From an uncultured Chloroflexia bacterium (lineage in GTDB: Bacteria; Chloroflexota; UBA6077; JACCZL01): DNA of 64,000 nt. Under the pieces are notes generated by a model, which ran no database searches, was not told the origin of the DNA, and saw nothing but the letters and a program-made list of their open reading frames with translations. A program made the position numbers and the translations under genes. Location of the stretch: assembly GCA_963765765.1 (NCBI GenBank), contig CAVXYC010000015.1, positions 672,001-736,000 of the forward strand, given 5' to 3'. This document shows positions 32,974-43,390 of the stretch, piece after piece (the stretch's first letter is position 1; each line of letters opens with the position of its first letter).

Positions 32974-33306
32974 GTGTTCGAAGTAAGTGAGCTGATTGGC
33001 CAATCGAACGTCATTCGCGGCGTGGACTTCGGGCGCCGCCGACGCGTCACTGCACCGTTAACGGCCTGGCTTCTCGCCGGTCTCATCGCGGGCGCGTACC
33101 TTGTTCTTTCCGTCATGGCGCTGAAGAATCCGCTTCCCGACGCCTGGTCGCTTTTCTCTGGACCGACCACCTGGACGGGGCTTTCATCGATGACAGTGAT
33201 CGTGTTCGTGGTTGTGGGGGGCGCACTCACAGCCTCGCAGTGGACCATGGCGCGTGGAGGTAGGCGACGGTTTCGCAGCCATCATCGCCGCCTCCTCGAC
33301 GTCTAA
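32974..33306 (+). CDS. Small two-TM hypothetical protein
   Basis: Two hydrophobic segments and a basic tail. Confidence 0.55.
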   Translation: MFEVSELIGQSNVIRGVDFGRRRRVTAPLTAWLLAGLIAGAYLVLSVMALKNPLPDAWSLFSGPTTWTGLSSMTVIVFVVVGGALTASQWTMARGGRRRFRSHHRRLLDV

Positions 33307-33481
33307 CTCCCTCCCCTGGGCGCCATCGTTATCGGACGTCGCGGCCATGTCCGTGACACGGGCATCTCCCTGCCCACGCCTCCTGCCGATAACGGTGGCG
33401 CCTTGCCCCCTTACAGATAGGCTTGGCTTCTCATATGGTCTCGGGACGGCAACCGGTTTGGCTTGTCGCGTCCGGACCGTG

Positions 33482-33490
33482 TGCTATACT
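33482..33490 (+). promoter_or_regulatory. Extended -10 promoter upstream of rpsO
   Basis: TGCTATACT about 65 nt before the rpsO start. Confidence 0.55.
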
Positions 33491-33556
33491 TCTCGACGAG
33501 ATAGAAGACTGAACAGGTGCCAGCGTGCTGGCACGGTACGAAGGAGGGACGGGCGC

Positions 33557-33826
33557 GTGCCCCTCACGCGAGAGGCTAAGGCGGAAATCATAGAACGACA
33601 TCGAGTTAACGAAGCCGATACAGGCTCCGCCGATGTCCAGGTGGCCATCTTGACCAAGCGAATCGCTCAGGTCGCGGATCACCTCAAATCGAACAAGCAT
33701 GACTTCCACACCCGCCGAGGTCTACTTCAAATGGTCGGGCAACGGCGCCGGCTGCTGAAGTACCTCAGTCGGCGTAATCCTGAGCGGTATCAGGCTCTCA
33801 TCCAGAGTCTCGGACTCCGCCGTTAA
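33557..33826 (+). CDS. rpsO: 30S ribosomal protein S15
   Basis: AAGGAGG then GTG; [40 protein letters not shown]. Confidence 0.98.
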   Translation: MPLTREAKAEIIERHRVNEADTGSADVQVAILTKRIAQVADHLKSNKHDFHTRRGLLQMVGQRRRLLKYLSRRNPERYQALIQSLGLRR

Positions 33827-33842
33827 TCGACGATGACGCGTC

Positions 33843-33873
33843 AAGCGCCCGCCTTTCGGCGGGCGCTGCATTT
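33843..33873 (+). terminator. Hairpin after rpsO (terminator/processing site)
   Basis: AGCGCCCGCC-TTTC-GGCGGGCGCT; weak T tail. A second hairpin lies at about 33910-33933. Confidence 0.55.
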
Positions 33874-33965
33874 CAGAAGATTTCTGTCACGCAGTCACGT
33901 CTTTTCCAAAGAGGCGGCAACACCCGCCTCTTCAATGCTCCCGCATTGGTAGCTGAAGGAGAACT

Positions 33966-36524
33966 ATGCCCATAACAAAGTTGGAGACCGAGATCGGCGG
34001 TCGAGTCCTGTCAATCGAGCATGGACGCGTCGCGGGTCTCGCGGATGGTGCCGTGATGGTGCGATACGGGGACACAATTGTCCTGGCCACCGTTGTCACG
34101 TCCGAGGAGCCGCGCGAAGGAATCGACTTCTTCCCGCTTCAGGTTGAGTACGAGGAGAAGATGTACGCCGCGGGCAAGATCCCTGGCGGATTCATCAAGC
34201 GCGAAAGTCGGCCCACTGAGAATGCGATTCTTACCGCGCGTGTCACCGATCGACCGCTCCGACCGCTTTTCCCGAAGGACTATCGAAACGACGTTCAGGT
34301 TGTCCTGACGGTCATGTCGGTGGATCAGGTCAATGACCCGTCCATCTGTGCAATCATCGGCGCATCCGCCGCGGTCACCGTATCGAGCATTCCCTTCTAC
34401 GGTCCCGTTGGTGCAGTACGCGTTGGCTACAAGAATGGCGAGATCATCATTAATCCGCCGCTGGCTGACATGGCTGACTCCGACCTGGATCTGATGCTCG
34501 CCGGAACCTCCGACGCCGTTCTCATGGTTGAGGCTGGAGCCAATGAGCTCAGCGAAGACGAGATGCTGCGAGCGATCGAAGCGGGCCACAAAGCGTTCCA
34601 GCCGATCATCGATCTGCAGAACCAGCTCCGCGAGCAGGTTGGCAAGCCAAAGCTCGAGGTTCCGGACTCCAAGCCCGACGAGCAGCTCGTGGCAGACGTC
34701 AAGTCTCATTTAGGCGGCCGACTCGAAGAAGAGATCTTTAATCCTGACAAGGCGACTCGAGAAGACTCGACGCGTGAGCTCCGCAAAGAGACCGTCGCTG
34801 CACTTTCCGAGAAGTACGAGCCCAAGGCCATCTCCAAGGTCTTCGAGTCCATGGTGAAGTCGGCTGTTCGGAACAACATTCTCGAGAACGGACGGCGGCC
34901 TGATGGGCGGAAGCTGGATGAGGTCCGCCCCATCACCGTGGAAGTAGGAGTGCTTCCGCGTACGCACGGGTCAGCGCTCTTCACGCGGGGTCAAACCCAG
35001 GCGCTAACGATCTGTACACTCGGCACCGAGGCGGACGAGCAGCGCATCGACTCTATTGGATTGGATGCGCCGAAGCGATACATCCATCACTACAATTTCC
35101 CACCATACTCGGTCGGTGAGGCGCGCCCGATGCGCGGTCCTTCCCGTCGAGACATTGGCCACGGTGCCCTCGCCGAACGAGCTCTTTACGCCGTACTCCC
35201 ACCAAAGAGCGAGTTCCCATACACGATGCGGCTCGTCTCCGAGATCCTGTCTTCCAACGGCTCGACGTCCATGGCTAGCGTCTGCGGGAGCTCACTTTCG
35301 CTGATGGATGCGGGCGTGCCAATCAAGGCGCCGGTAGCTGGCGTGGCTATGGGGCTGATCACCGGCGACGGCGGCGATCTCAACAAGTACGCCGTTCTTA
35401 CCGACATCCAGGGTGTGGAAGACGCGCTGGGTGACATGGACTTTAAGGTCGCGGGAACCACCAAGGGGATTACCGCCCTACAGATGGACATCAAAGTCCG
35501 CGGCATCACGCCGCAGATCATGCGCGACGCGATGGCCCAGGCCCGCGAAGGTCGCATGTTCATCATGGGCAAGATGACGGAAGTCATCACCCAGGCGCGA
35601 GTGGAGCTTTCCCCGCATGCGCCGCGAGTGACCACCATTAAGATCAACCCCGATCGGATCCGAGATATCATCGGCCCCGGTGGTCGGATGATCCGGAAGA
35701 TCACTGACGAGACCAAGACGTCAATCGATATCCAGGATGACGGCACGGTACTGATCGGCTCCACAAACGTAGAAAATACACAGAAGGCGATCGACACCAT
35801 CACGGGCCTCACCAAGGACGTCTCCGCGGGCGACGTCTACACCGGTAAGGTCACGCGGGTCATGGCGTTCGGTGCGTTTGTCGAAGTGCTTCCCGGCAAG
35901 GAAGGCCTCGTTCACATTTCTGAGCTCTCTGATCGCCGAGTGGGCAAGGTTGAGGACGTGGTCAACATTGGCGATGAGGTCAAGGTGGTGGTCACCGAGA
36001 TCGATCGTCAGGGACGCATCAATCTTTCTCGCCGAGCCCTCCTGGAGGAGAGCGAAGTTCCAGAGGGCGAAGAGCCTCCGGCCGAGGAAGAGCGCGGATT
36101 CCGCTCCCGTCCACCACGTAGAGAAGACGGTGGACGGAACGGCTTCGGCGGTGGCGGTGGCGGTAGCCGTGGTGGTTTCGATGGTGGGCGCCCGCCCCGT
36201 CGGAGTGGCTACGGCGGTCGAGAAACGGAGGGTGGACCTTCCCGAGAGCGTGATGCCCGTCCGCCACGTGAGGTTGAAGATCGTCCGCGACCACCGCGAG
36301 AGGGCAACGACCGACCGCCACGACCGCAACGCGAGGGCGACGATCGACCGCCTCGTGATTATGGCAACCGGCCTGAGCGCGAGGAACGTCCGAGACCGTC
36401 TCGAGAAGGCGATTCCCGCCCTCCTCGTGATGGTGACGGACGGCCACCACGTGAAGGTGAGGGCGCCCGTCGTCCCGCCACGAATCCCGAGCGTGGTACT
36501 CCGCCCCGCGGGACGTGGTGGTAA
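33966..36524 (+). CDS. pnp: Polyribonucleotide nucleotidyltransferase with long C-terminal low-complexity tail
   Basis: DFFPL, AAGKIPGGF, HGSALFTRGQTQ, SNGSTSMASVC, GDMDFKVAG, KH and S1 domains. Confidence 0.99.
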   Translation: MPITKLETEIGGRVLSIEHGRVAGLADGAVMVRYGDTIVLATVVTSEEPREGIDFFPLQVEYEEKMYAAGKIPGGFIKRESRPTENAILTARVTDRPLRPLFPKDYRNDVQVVLTVMSVDQVNDPSICAIIGASAAVTVSSIPFYGPVGAVRVGYKNGEIIINPPLADMADSDLDLMLAGTSDAVLMVEAGANELSEDEMLRAIEAGHKAFQPIIDLQNQLREQVGKPKLEVPDSKPDEQLVADVKSHLGGRLEEEIFNPDKATREDSTRELRKETVAALSEKYEPKAISKVFESMVKSAVRNNILENGRRPDGRKLDEVRPITVEVGVLPRTHGSALFTRGQTQALTICTLGTEADEQRIDSIGLDAPKRYIHHYNFPPYSVGEARPMRGPSRRDIGHGALAERALYAVLPPKSEFPYTMRLVSEILSSNGSTSMASVCGSSLSLMDAGVPIKAPVAGVAMGLITGDGGDLNKYAVLTDIQGVEDALGDMDFKVAGTTKGITALQMDIKVRGITPQIMRDAMAQAREGRMFIMGKMTEVITQARVELSPHAPRVTTIKINPDRIRDIIGPGGRMIRKITDETKTSIDIQDDGTVLIGSTNVENTQKAIDTITGLTKDVSAGDVYTGKVTRVMAFGAFVEVLPGKEGLVHISELSDRRVGKVEDVVNIGDEVKVVVTEIDRQGRINLSRRALLEESEVPEGEEPPAEEERGFRSRPPRREDGGRNGFGGGGGGSRGGFDGGRPPRRSGYGGRETEGGPSRERDARPPREVEDRPRPPREGNDRPPRPQREGDDRPPRDYGNRPEREERPRPSREGDSRPPRDGDGRPPREGEGARRPATNPERGTPPRGTWW

Positions 36525-36537
36525 GCTCGTGTGAGAC

Positions 36538-36571
36538 GTATAGGGGAGATCCGCAAGGATCTCCCCTATAC
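36538..36571 (+). terminator. Perfect 15-bp hairpin with GCAA loop after pnp
   Basis: GTATAGGGGAGATCC-GCAA-GGATCTCCCCTATAC; no strong U tract. Confidence 0.65.
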
Positions 36572-36612
36572 TATTCGGGTTAGCGTTCATCCTTTAAAAC
36601 AAGGCGGAGATT

Positions 36613-37425
36613 GTGGCGGAGCGGAAGCCTCTCATCAAGGTCATCGTTGCCGGGGCACTCGGAAGGGTCGGCAGCCAGATGATTACCGGTCTGGCCGCCG
36701 ACGATGAGCTTGACTTAGCTGGTGGCGCCGATCCCATTGCCGCCGAGGAATACCGGGAGCTGCCTGGTGGCGGCGGACTGATTCCAATCACCAAGTCTGT
36801 TGGGCCGCTGATCACCCGGGTTCGTCCGGATGTGATGGTGGACTTTACGCATCCGACTTCAGTGATGGAAAACGTCCATGTTGCTATTAGCCAGGGCGTG
36901 CGGCCCGTGGTTGGAACTACCGGATTGACTCCTCAACACGTTAGCGAGATCGCTGACGCGCTGCGGAAGGCGGGTATTGGTGGAGTCATTGCTCCTAACT
37001 TTGCCACTGGCGCCAATCTGCTCATGTACTTCGCCCGGGTGGCTTCGCGGTTCTTTCCGTCCGCCGAGATCATCGAGCTTCATCATGATGCGAAGGTGGA
37101 CGCACCATCAGGAACTGCCCTTGCCACTGCCAGGCTTATGCGTGATGCGCGCGACGAGCCCATGCAGGACGCCAGCACGGAGACCTTTACGCTCGATGGT
37201 GTGAGAGGCGGAGTTGAAGGTGGCATCAGAATCCATAGCGTCAGGTTGCCCGGACTCGTAGCTCATCAGGAAGTCATCCTTGGCGGACCGGGGCAGCTTC
37301 TGTCCATGCGCCACGATTCAATGAATCGCGAGTCGTTTGTGCCGGGCGTTGCTCTCGCAATCAAGGAAGTTATGAACCAGTCGGGACTCATCTATGGGCT
37401 CGACAAAATCATGGGGCTGGAGTAG
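36613..37425 (+). CDS. dapB: 4-hydroxy-tetrahydrodipicolinate reductase
   Basis: GALGRVG, DFT, GTTG, APNF, ELHHDAKVDAPSGTA. Confidence 0.97.
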   Translation: MAERKPLIKVIVAGALGRVGSQMITGLAADDELDLAGGADPIAAEEYRELPGGGGLIPITKSVGPLITRVRPDVMVDFTHPTSVMENVHVAISQGVRPVVGTTGLTPQHVSEIADALRKAGIGGVIAPNFATGANLLMYFARVASRFFPSAEIIELHHDAKVDAPSGTALATARLMRDARDEPMQDASTETFTLDGVRGGVEGGIRIHSVRLPGLVAHQEVILGGPGQLLSMRHDSMNRESFVPGVALAIKEVMNQSGLIYGLDKIMGLE

Positions 37426-37535
37426 CGAAGTCCGCTTCGCACCGGTCCCGGGCGCAACTCCAGGCCCCGAGCTTGACATCCGCCTTTGCAAGGCCGCCCG
37501 GCTTTTGACACTCGTTGACTCTTGCAGGAGGACCC

Positions 37536-38558
37536 ATGACTCCGCTTAACGTTGCCATCTTGGGAGCCACTGGACTGGTGGGCCAGGAGTTTCTACGAAT
37601 CCTCGAGGAGCGCAATTTCCCCGTTTGCTCGCTTAAGCTTCTTGCATCGGATCGGTCCGCCGGACGGACCATGCGGTTTCGGGACCAGTCGATCGTGGTT
37701 GAAGAGACGACCGAGCGTTCCTTCGAGGGTATTGACGTGGCGCTCTTCTCAGCCGGTGCAGACATCAGTAGGAAGTTCGCGCCGATAGCTGCCGCCGCCG
37801 GGGCCGTGGTGGTTGATAACAGCGCGGCGTGGCGCATGGAGCCGGATATTCCGCTGGTGGTACCCGAGGTCAACCCGGATGACGCATTCCGGCACAAGGG
37901 TATCATTGCCAATCCCAACTGCTCCACCATCCAGATGGTCGTGGCGCTGGCGCCGATTCACCGCGTGAATCCGATACGCCGAGTCATAGTGGACACATAT
38001 CAGTCGGTTTCCGGCACCGGTGGACCGGCGATCGATGAGCTCATGGAGCAGACTCGTGAGGTGTTGGACGGACAGGCTGCTCATCCGAGCGTCTACCCGC
38101 ATCAGATCGCCTTCAATGTCCTCCCACACATCGATGTTCTCATGGACGACGGCTACTACAAAGAAGAGTGGAAGATGATCCATGAGACGCGGAAGATCAT
38201 GAATATCCCGGAGCTTCCAGTCTCGGCCACGTGTGTCCGTGTACCCGTGCCCATCAGCCATTCTGAATCAGTGCATGCCGAGCTTTCGCGCCCCATGTCA
38301 GCCGACGAAGCACGAGCGATACTTTCCGAAGCGCCCGGCATTGTGGTGACGGACCGACCCGGTGATGCCGTGTATCCACTGCCGAACGACGCCGCCGGTA
38401 CGGACGACGTCTTCGTGGGACGGATTCGACAGGATGCTTCCCACCCCAATGGTATTGTGATGTGGGTTGTTGCGGATAACTTGCGCAAGGGCGCGGCACT
38501 GAATACGATCCAAATTGCGGAGCTCATCTTCTCGCAATCGACGGCGACGACCGCCTAA
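37536..38558 (+). CDS. asd: Aspartate-semialdehyde dehydrogenase
   Basis: GATGLVG, PLVVPEVN, ANPNCST, CVRVPV..SH, DNLRKGAALN. Confidence 0.98.
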   Translation: MTPLNVAILGATGLVGQEFLRILEERNFPVCSLKLLASDRSAGRTMRFRDQSIVVEETTERSFEGIDVALFSAGADISRKFAPIAAAAGAVVVDNSAAWRMEPDIPLVVPEVNPDDAFRHKGIIANPNCSTIQMVVALAPIHRVNPIRRVIVDTYQSVSGTGGPAIDELMEQTREVLDGQAAHPSVYPHQIAFNVLPHIDVLMDDGYYKEEWKMIHETRKIMNIPELPVSATCVRVPVPISHSESVHAELSRPMSADEARAILSEAPGIVVTDRPGDAVYPLPNDAAGTDDVFVGRIRQDASHPNGIVMWVVADNLRKGAALNTIQIAELIFSQSTATTA

Positions 38559-38590
38559 GTTCCCGGCGGATGGGCCGAGGGAGAACATTC

Positions 38591-39496
38591 ATGGCAGTCG
38601 AGATTGGTCGTGTAGTCACCGCGATGGCAACGCCTTTCGATGAGGCCGGTGCCGTTGACTATCAGCGGGCGCGTCAGCTCGCGAGTGCGCTGGTTGCGTC
38701 TGGAAGTGACGCTCTGGTGGTGACAGGAACCACAGGCGAATCGCCGACGCTGACAATTGACGAGAAATTGACTCTTTATCGAGAGGTCCGCGCCGCGGTG
38801 GGGCCGAGTGTTCCGCTCATCGCTGGCTCTACAAACTACAACACGGCGGAAAGCATTGAGCTCAGCCGAGAAGCGGCGCATCTTGGCATGGACGCAATTC
38901 TCGGAACGGTCCCGTATTACAACAAGCCCCCCAGGCGGGCCTGTATCAGCACTTCAAGGCGCTGGCCGATGCCGTGCCTCTGCCCATCATGCTCTACAAC
39001 GTGCCCACTCGTACGGTAACGAACATGTCGATGGAGACGACGATCAGACTTAGCGAGATCGACAACATCATCGGGATCAAGGAAGCTTCGGGAAATCTCG
39101 ACGCGATCTCCAAAATCATTGCTGGCAGCCGACCCGGGTTTCGGGTGTGGAGCGGCGATGATCCTATGACTCTACCGATCCTGTCAATTGGCGGGTATGG
39201 AGTGGTGAGCGTTGCGAGTCATCTTGTGGGCAACCAGATCGGGGAAATGATCCAGCGCTTTCGTACGCGGCGAAAACGCGGACGCAGCGGCCTTGCACCG
39301 AAATCTGCTTCCGCTGGTGAACGCCCTCTTCGTGACCACGAGCCCGATCCCGCTCAAATACGCGCTGGGACGGGTCGGATTTCCCATCGGCATGTGCCGA
39401 CTACCGCTTGTGGAGATCGATCCTGCGTCTGCCGCGATCGTCGACGCTGAGCTGATGAAGGTTCAGATCGATTTGCCAGTGAGAGCCGTGGTTTAG
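38591..39496 (+). CDS. dapA: 4-hydroxy-tetrahydrodipicolinate synthase (two frameshifts)
   Basis: GTTGESPTL, PYYNKP, LYNVP, GIKEASG, SGDD, SPIPLK. Confidence 0.95.
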
Positions 39497-39541
39497 GTCA
39501 GCGGCCTAAAATCTGCCATTCCGCCGCTTAGAGTACAAGAT

Positions 39542-39587
39542 GAAAGCCGAAGAGCGACCTCCGCGCGGAGGTCGCTCTTCGGCTTTC
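39542..39587. terminator. Bidirectional terminator (perfect 46-bp palindrome) between convergent genes
   Basis: GAAAGCCGAAGAGCGACCTCCGCGCGGAGGTCGCTCTTCGGCTTTC. Confidence 0.8.
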
Positions 39588-39608
39588 TAGCTGACACGGC
39601 CAGTCTGC

Positions 39609-39881
39609 TCAGACGCCCTCGATCTTGTCCATGATCTCGTCCACGATGTCCGGGTTGCACACTCGGATAAACAGCGTGATGGCGCCGCTCGCGATGGCAA
39701 TATCGTCAACGCCGCCAATGAATGGAATCCAGTCAGGAATGATGTCAATCGGCATCAGCACGTAGAGCAACGCCAGCGCGGGAATAAATTTTGCCAGCGT
39801 CGGCACGCGTGGGTCTCGGAAAAGATGCCAGGCTAGCTGTCCTTCCCGCATGAGTCTGGTAGCGATGTTCAGCGGATTCAT
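39609..39881 (-). CDS. YkvA / DUF1232 membrane protein
   Basis: DPRVP..AK, YVLMPIDIIPDWIPFIGGVDD. Confidence 0.92.
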   Translation of the reverse strand: MNPLNIATRLMREGQLAWHLFRDPRVPTLAKFIPALALLYVLMPIDIIPDWIPFIGGVDDIAIASGAITLFIRVCNPDIVDEIMDKIEGV

Positions 39882-40058
39882 ACAGTCAGTATAGTCATTG
39901 GCGTGGTCGCCGACCGTAGCGGTCGAAGACGAGACTGGCAGGGACGCCCAATAGGATTGAGTCGAGAGCAGAACGGAGATAGGCCCGTGGACAGCCAGAC
40001 GACTGTCCCACGGCCGTTCGAGCGATCGGGACGCCTGTCCCACGATCGAATAATAAGG

Positions 40059-40956
40059 TCAGGCTTTGACGAGCCCCATTGTGTTCGCTCGATCCAGCAG
40101 CCAGCGGGCCTTCACCGCGATCGGGTAGTCGATCATGCGGCCTTCCAGTTGAATTGCGGCATCTCCCCGGGCTTCCGCTTCGTCGAACGCGGCGACCACC
40201 TTTCTGGCAAACTCAAGCTCGTCATCTGACGGGGAGAACACTCGATTAATGATATCCACCTGCCCTGGGTAGATGGCAGACTTTCCCTGAAATCCCGGCC
40301 TCAGCGCATTGCGGGCATCGAGCTCCAGCCCCTCGTTGTCTCGTATATCGATCCAAACGGTATCCAATGGGGCGCTCAATGCCCGCGGCGCGCGAAGCAA
40401 GAACCAGGTGGGAGCGAGCATATTGAAGCTCCAATCCATCGGTCCCCCAGAGACTACCGCCGAAGCGGACGCTGACATCCCGGCAGAAGTCTGCGGCCCC
40501 AAAAGAGAGTCGCTTCACACGGGGCGAAGCACTGGCGACGGCTTGTGCGCCCAGCACTCCGCGGGCGGTCTCGATGGTGGGAATGAGGTCCGTTGTTCCC
40601 GAAGCCACACCCGACTGTAATTCCAATCGCGTCAGGATCTCGTCGACTTCCTGTACATCGGACGGCTGCTCCACCTTTGGGAGCTTGATCCCATCGACTT
40701 CGGGGCAATAGATGCCTTCGAGGTCTGCACGAGTTAGCCCAGTTTCGATGGCGTTCACGCGTACGTAGCGGAGCGGACCTGGGGCGAATTTCGGAAGCGC
40801 TTCGAGAACCATCGGTCGAGTGGACTCTTTCTCCGCGATTGGAACCGCGTCTTCGAGATCCAGAATGATGCCGTCGGCTCCAAAATCAGCCACGCGAGCG
40901 AGCTTGCGCGGCTGGTTGCCGGGCGCAAAGAGGAGACTGCGAAGTGGTCTGGTCAT
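40059..40956 (-). CDS. CitE-like CoA ester lyase (HpcH/HpaI family; frameshifts)
   Basis: RSLLFAPGN, LDLEDAV, VRVN, LPKVE, IETARG, GFQGK.AI.P.Q, GRMIDYP. Confidence 0.93.
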
Positions 40957-42462
40957 GTTGTGGTCCTCAAATAGCTTCTCGAATGGCTGAGGCTCTGGAC
41001 CCGCAAGTCAAACTCCATGACCCGCGGTTCAGAGATCGGCTCCATCGAAGGAGATGGAACTGCCTGGATATTCGGCTGTCGTAGATGCCATTCTGTGGCT
41101 CGCTCGTAGGCGTCGCAGAGACGGAGCACGGTCGGCTCTTCAAAGGCCCGGCCTGAGAGAAGCAATCCGATTGGCATGCCCTGATGATCAAAGCCGCATG
41201 GCACGGAAAGCGAGGGTTGGCCGGTGGCGTTGAAGACGCGGTTGAACTGCCCTCGTAATGGAGGTCGTGACTCCGCCTCTTCGTGAAATGTCGGCGCGGT
41301 GCGCACCATCGTTGGGGTGGCAATCACATCAACTCGAGTGAGCGCGTCTGACATCGACCGGCAAAACATCGTGCGTCCACGCTGAGCCTGAATGTACTCA
41401 GTGGCCGTATGGAAGAGCGCCGGTCGGATTCGTTCCCAGAATCCCCGCCCATAGAGCGCGCGCTTCGTTTGCAGCCATTGCTCGTGATACGCGACTGCTT
41501 CGGAAAGCATGATTGTGGATTGAATCGCCTCGGCGTGATCAATCCCCAGGGATCTCGATGTCCAAAACGTCTGCGCCAAGCTGAGTCAGCGTCTGCAGCG
41601 CTTCATTGAAGCTCTGCAGCACTGCCGACTCAAGCGACGGGGCTGATTCCACGAATCGCCGCGGCACGCCAACACGGAGGCCTCTTGCCGAACCGGAAAG
41701 CCCGGATGAGTAGTCAGGAATATCTACGTATGCGCTGGCAGCGTCCGCTGGATCATAGCCCGCGATTGCCTGAAGCATGATCGCCGTATCCGCAACGGTG
41801 CGCGTCATTGGACCGGCATGGTCAAGCGACCAGGACAGCGGCAGGACGCCGGCACGACTGACCAGGCCGTATGTGGGCTTCAATCCGACGATGCCACAGT
41901 AAGCGGCTGGACCGCGTATCGATCCACCAGTGTCACTACCCAACGCTCCGCCACACAGCCCGGCGGCAACGCTCGCTCCAGAGCCAGAGCTCGAACCACC
42001 CGGTACTCGATCCGTAGACCATGGGTTATGCGCGGGCGGAATCTCGTCGTCGAGGTAGGGGCTGCCAATGGCAAACTCATGCATCATGAGTTTGCCCAGC
42101 AAGATTGCGCCCGCGGCGGTGAGCTTGCTGGTTACCGTGGCGTCCTGTGAGGGCACGCGATCCCAGAGTACTCGCGAGCCCCCAGTCGTGCGAATACCCG
42201 CGGTGTCGAAGAGATCCTTCAAAGCGATCGGAATTCCGTGCATGGACCCGCGGGAGCGACCCTGGGCAAGCTCGCGGTCCGCTCGCTCAGCTTCAGTGCG
42301 TGCTCGATCGGCGGTGACCGTTAGGAAGCTCTTGAGCTTGCCGTCTAATGACTCGATACGGCCAAGATAGGCATCGGTGAGCTCTGCCGCGGTGATCTCG
42401 TGAGAGTGGAGCAGCTTGCTAAGGCGTGTGATTGGTAGCAGCGGCAGCTCGGAGGCGCTCAC
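40953..42462 (-). CDS. Amidase signature family enzyme (frameshift near 41545)
   Basis: GIPIALKDLF, PGGSSSGS, GSDTGGSIR, GLKPTYG. Confidence 0.94.
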
Positions 42463-42701
42463 GAATCCAGGCCGCCTGGCCGTGTCGAAAATACTGCTGA
42501 CGGCTCTTCAGAGCTTTCAATGTCCGCTCGCAACTTGCTCAGCCGGCCCCGCGCTGCGTCAATTGCGCCGGCCACAGCCTCGATATCAGCGTCGGAGATT
42601 GCGAAACCGGCGTAATCGGCGATCGTGCGTAGAGTCGCATGAAGTTGTTCGGGAGCATCCGGCATAGTCATTGCCTCCGGCGTTGGTTCATCGCCAGCCA
42701 T
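42459..42701 (-). CDS. Small GatC/AtzG-like amidase partner protein
   Basis: About 80 aa, helical, ends EEPSAVF; stop overlaps the amidase start. Confidence 0.6.
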   Translation of the reverse strand: MAGDEPTPEAMTMPDAPEQLHATLRTIADYAGFAISDADIEAVAGAIDAARGRLSKLRADIESSEEPSAVFSTRPGGLDS

Positions 42702-42744
42702 TGTGCCAGCGATCGGAAAGAAGCACAATGGACGACCAACACCA

Positions 42745-43249
42745 ATGAACGAATCCACCTGGACATGTCCTATCTGCAGGCAAAAAGCAGATCAACCAGC
42801 CGCCCATATGCGTGAGGTTCACATCGGGAACCGCCCGAATGAGGATCGGCTGGGACTCAAAAAGGCATTAGATCCGCCGCCGCGCAAAGCGCGCGGGCCA
42901 TCCAGGCCGCGCTACCACGCGGGAGCCGCGAGAGCTGCCTCCGGGAGAGCCCAAGGTGGTGGTTCCCGAAGGGGGAGCTGTTCTCCGCATGTTTTGCGCT
43001 ACACCAATCGAGCGAGATTCTCTGGATCTACGCATGGCATTGATGGACCTGGCCGGTGTTCACGCGGTAGGGATCGATCTGGCCACGGGTATTGTCGATC
43101 TGGAGCTCGGGTCGGAAGTCACTGTGCCGAATCATGTACTTGGTCTTGCCTCCGCACGCTGCCGTCTGCCAGTGCTGAGCGCAGAGCTTCACGATCGAGT
43201 GAGCAGCGAAAAAGTCAGCGACGATACGCTGATTGCGATTCTGCGATAG
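42745..43249 (+). CDS. Hypothetical protein: N-terminal C2H2-like zinc finger plus ferredoxin-like (HMA-like) domain (frameshift)
   Basis: CPIC-x9-H-x4-H, basic linker, then LRMALMDLAGVHAVGIDLATGIVDLE in the 42956 frame. Confidence 0.55.
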
Positions 43250-43334
43250 CCCAACACGTCTGAAGCTGATGTAACACGGGGCCTAGGGCACTGAGCCTGG
43301 AACGCACCAATCGATTCCCGAGAGATCCAGGAAC

Positions 43335-43370
43335 GAGGCACGTAGCACAAGGCCCCGTGCTACGTGCCTC
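43335..43370. terminator. Hairpin between convergent genes
   Basis: GAGGCACGTAGCAC-N8-GTGCTACGTGCCTC, 14-bp stem. Confidence 0.6.
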
Positions 43371-43390
43371 TAATGAAGTCGGATCGACGT

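Noticed and set aside
37426-37535. Lysine or SAM riboswitch near the dap/asd, mtnA or metE-like genes
   Set aside because: Leaders are short and no aptamer consensus is visible.
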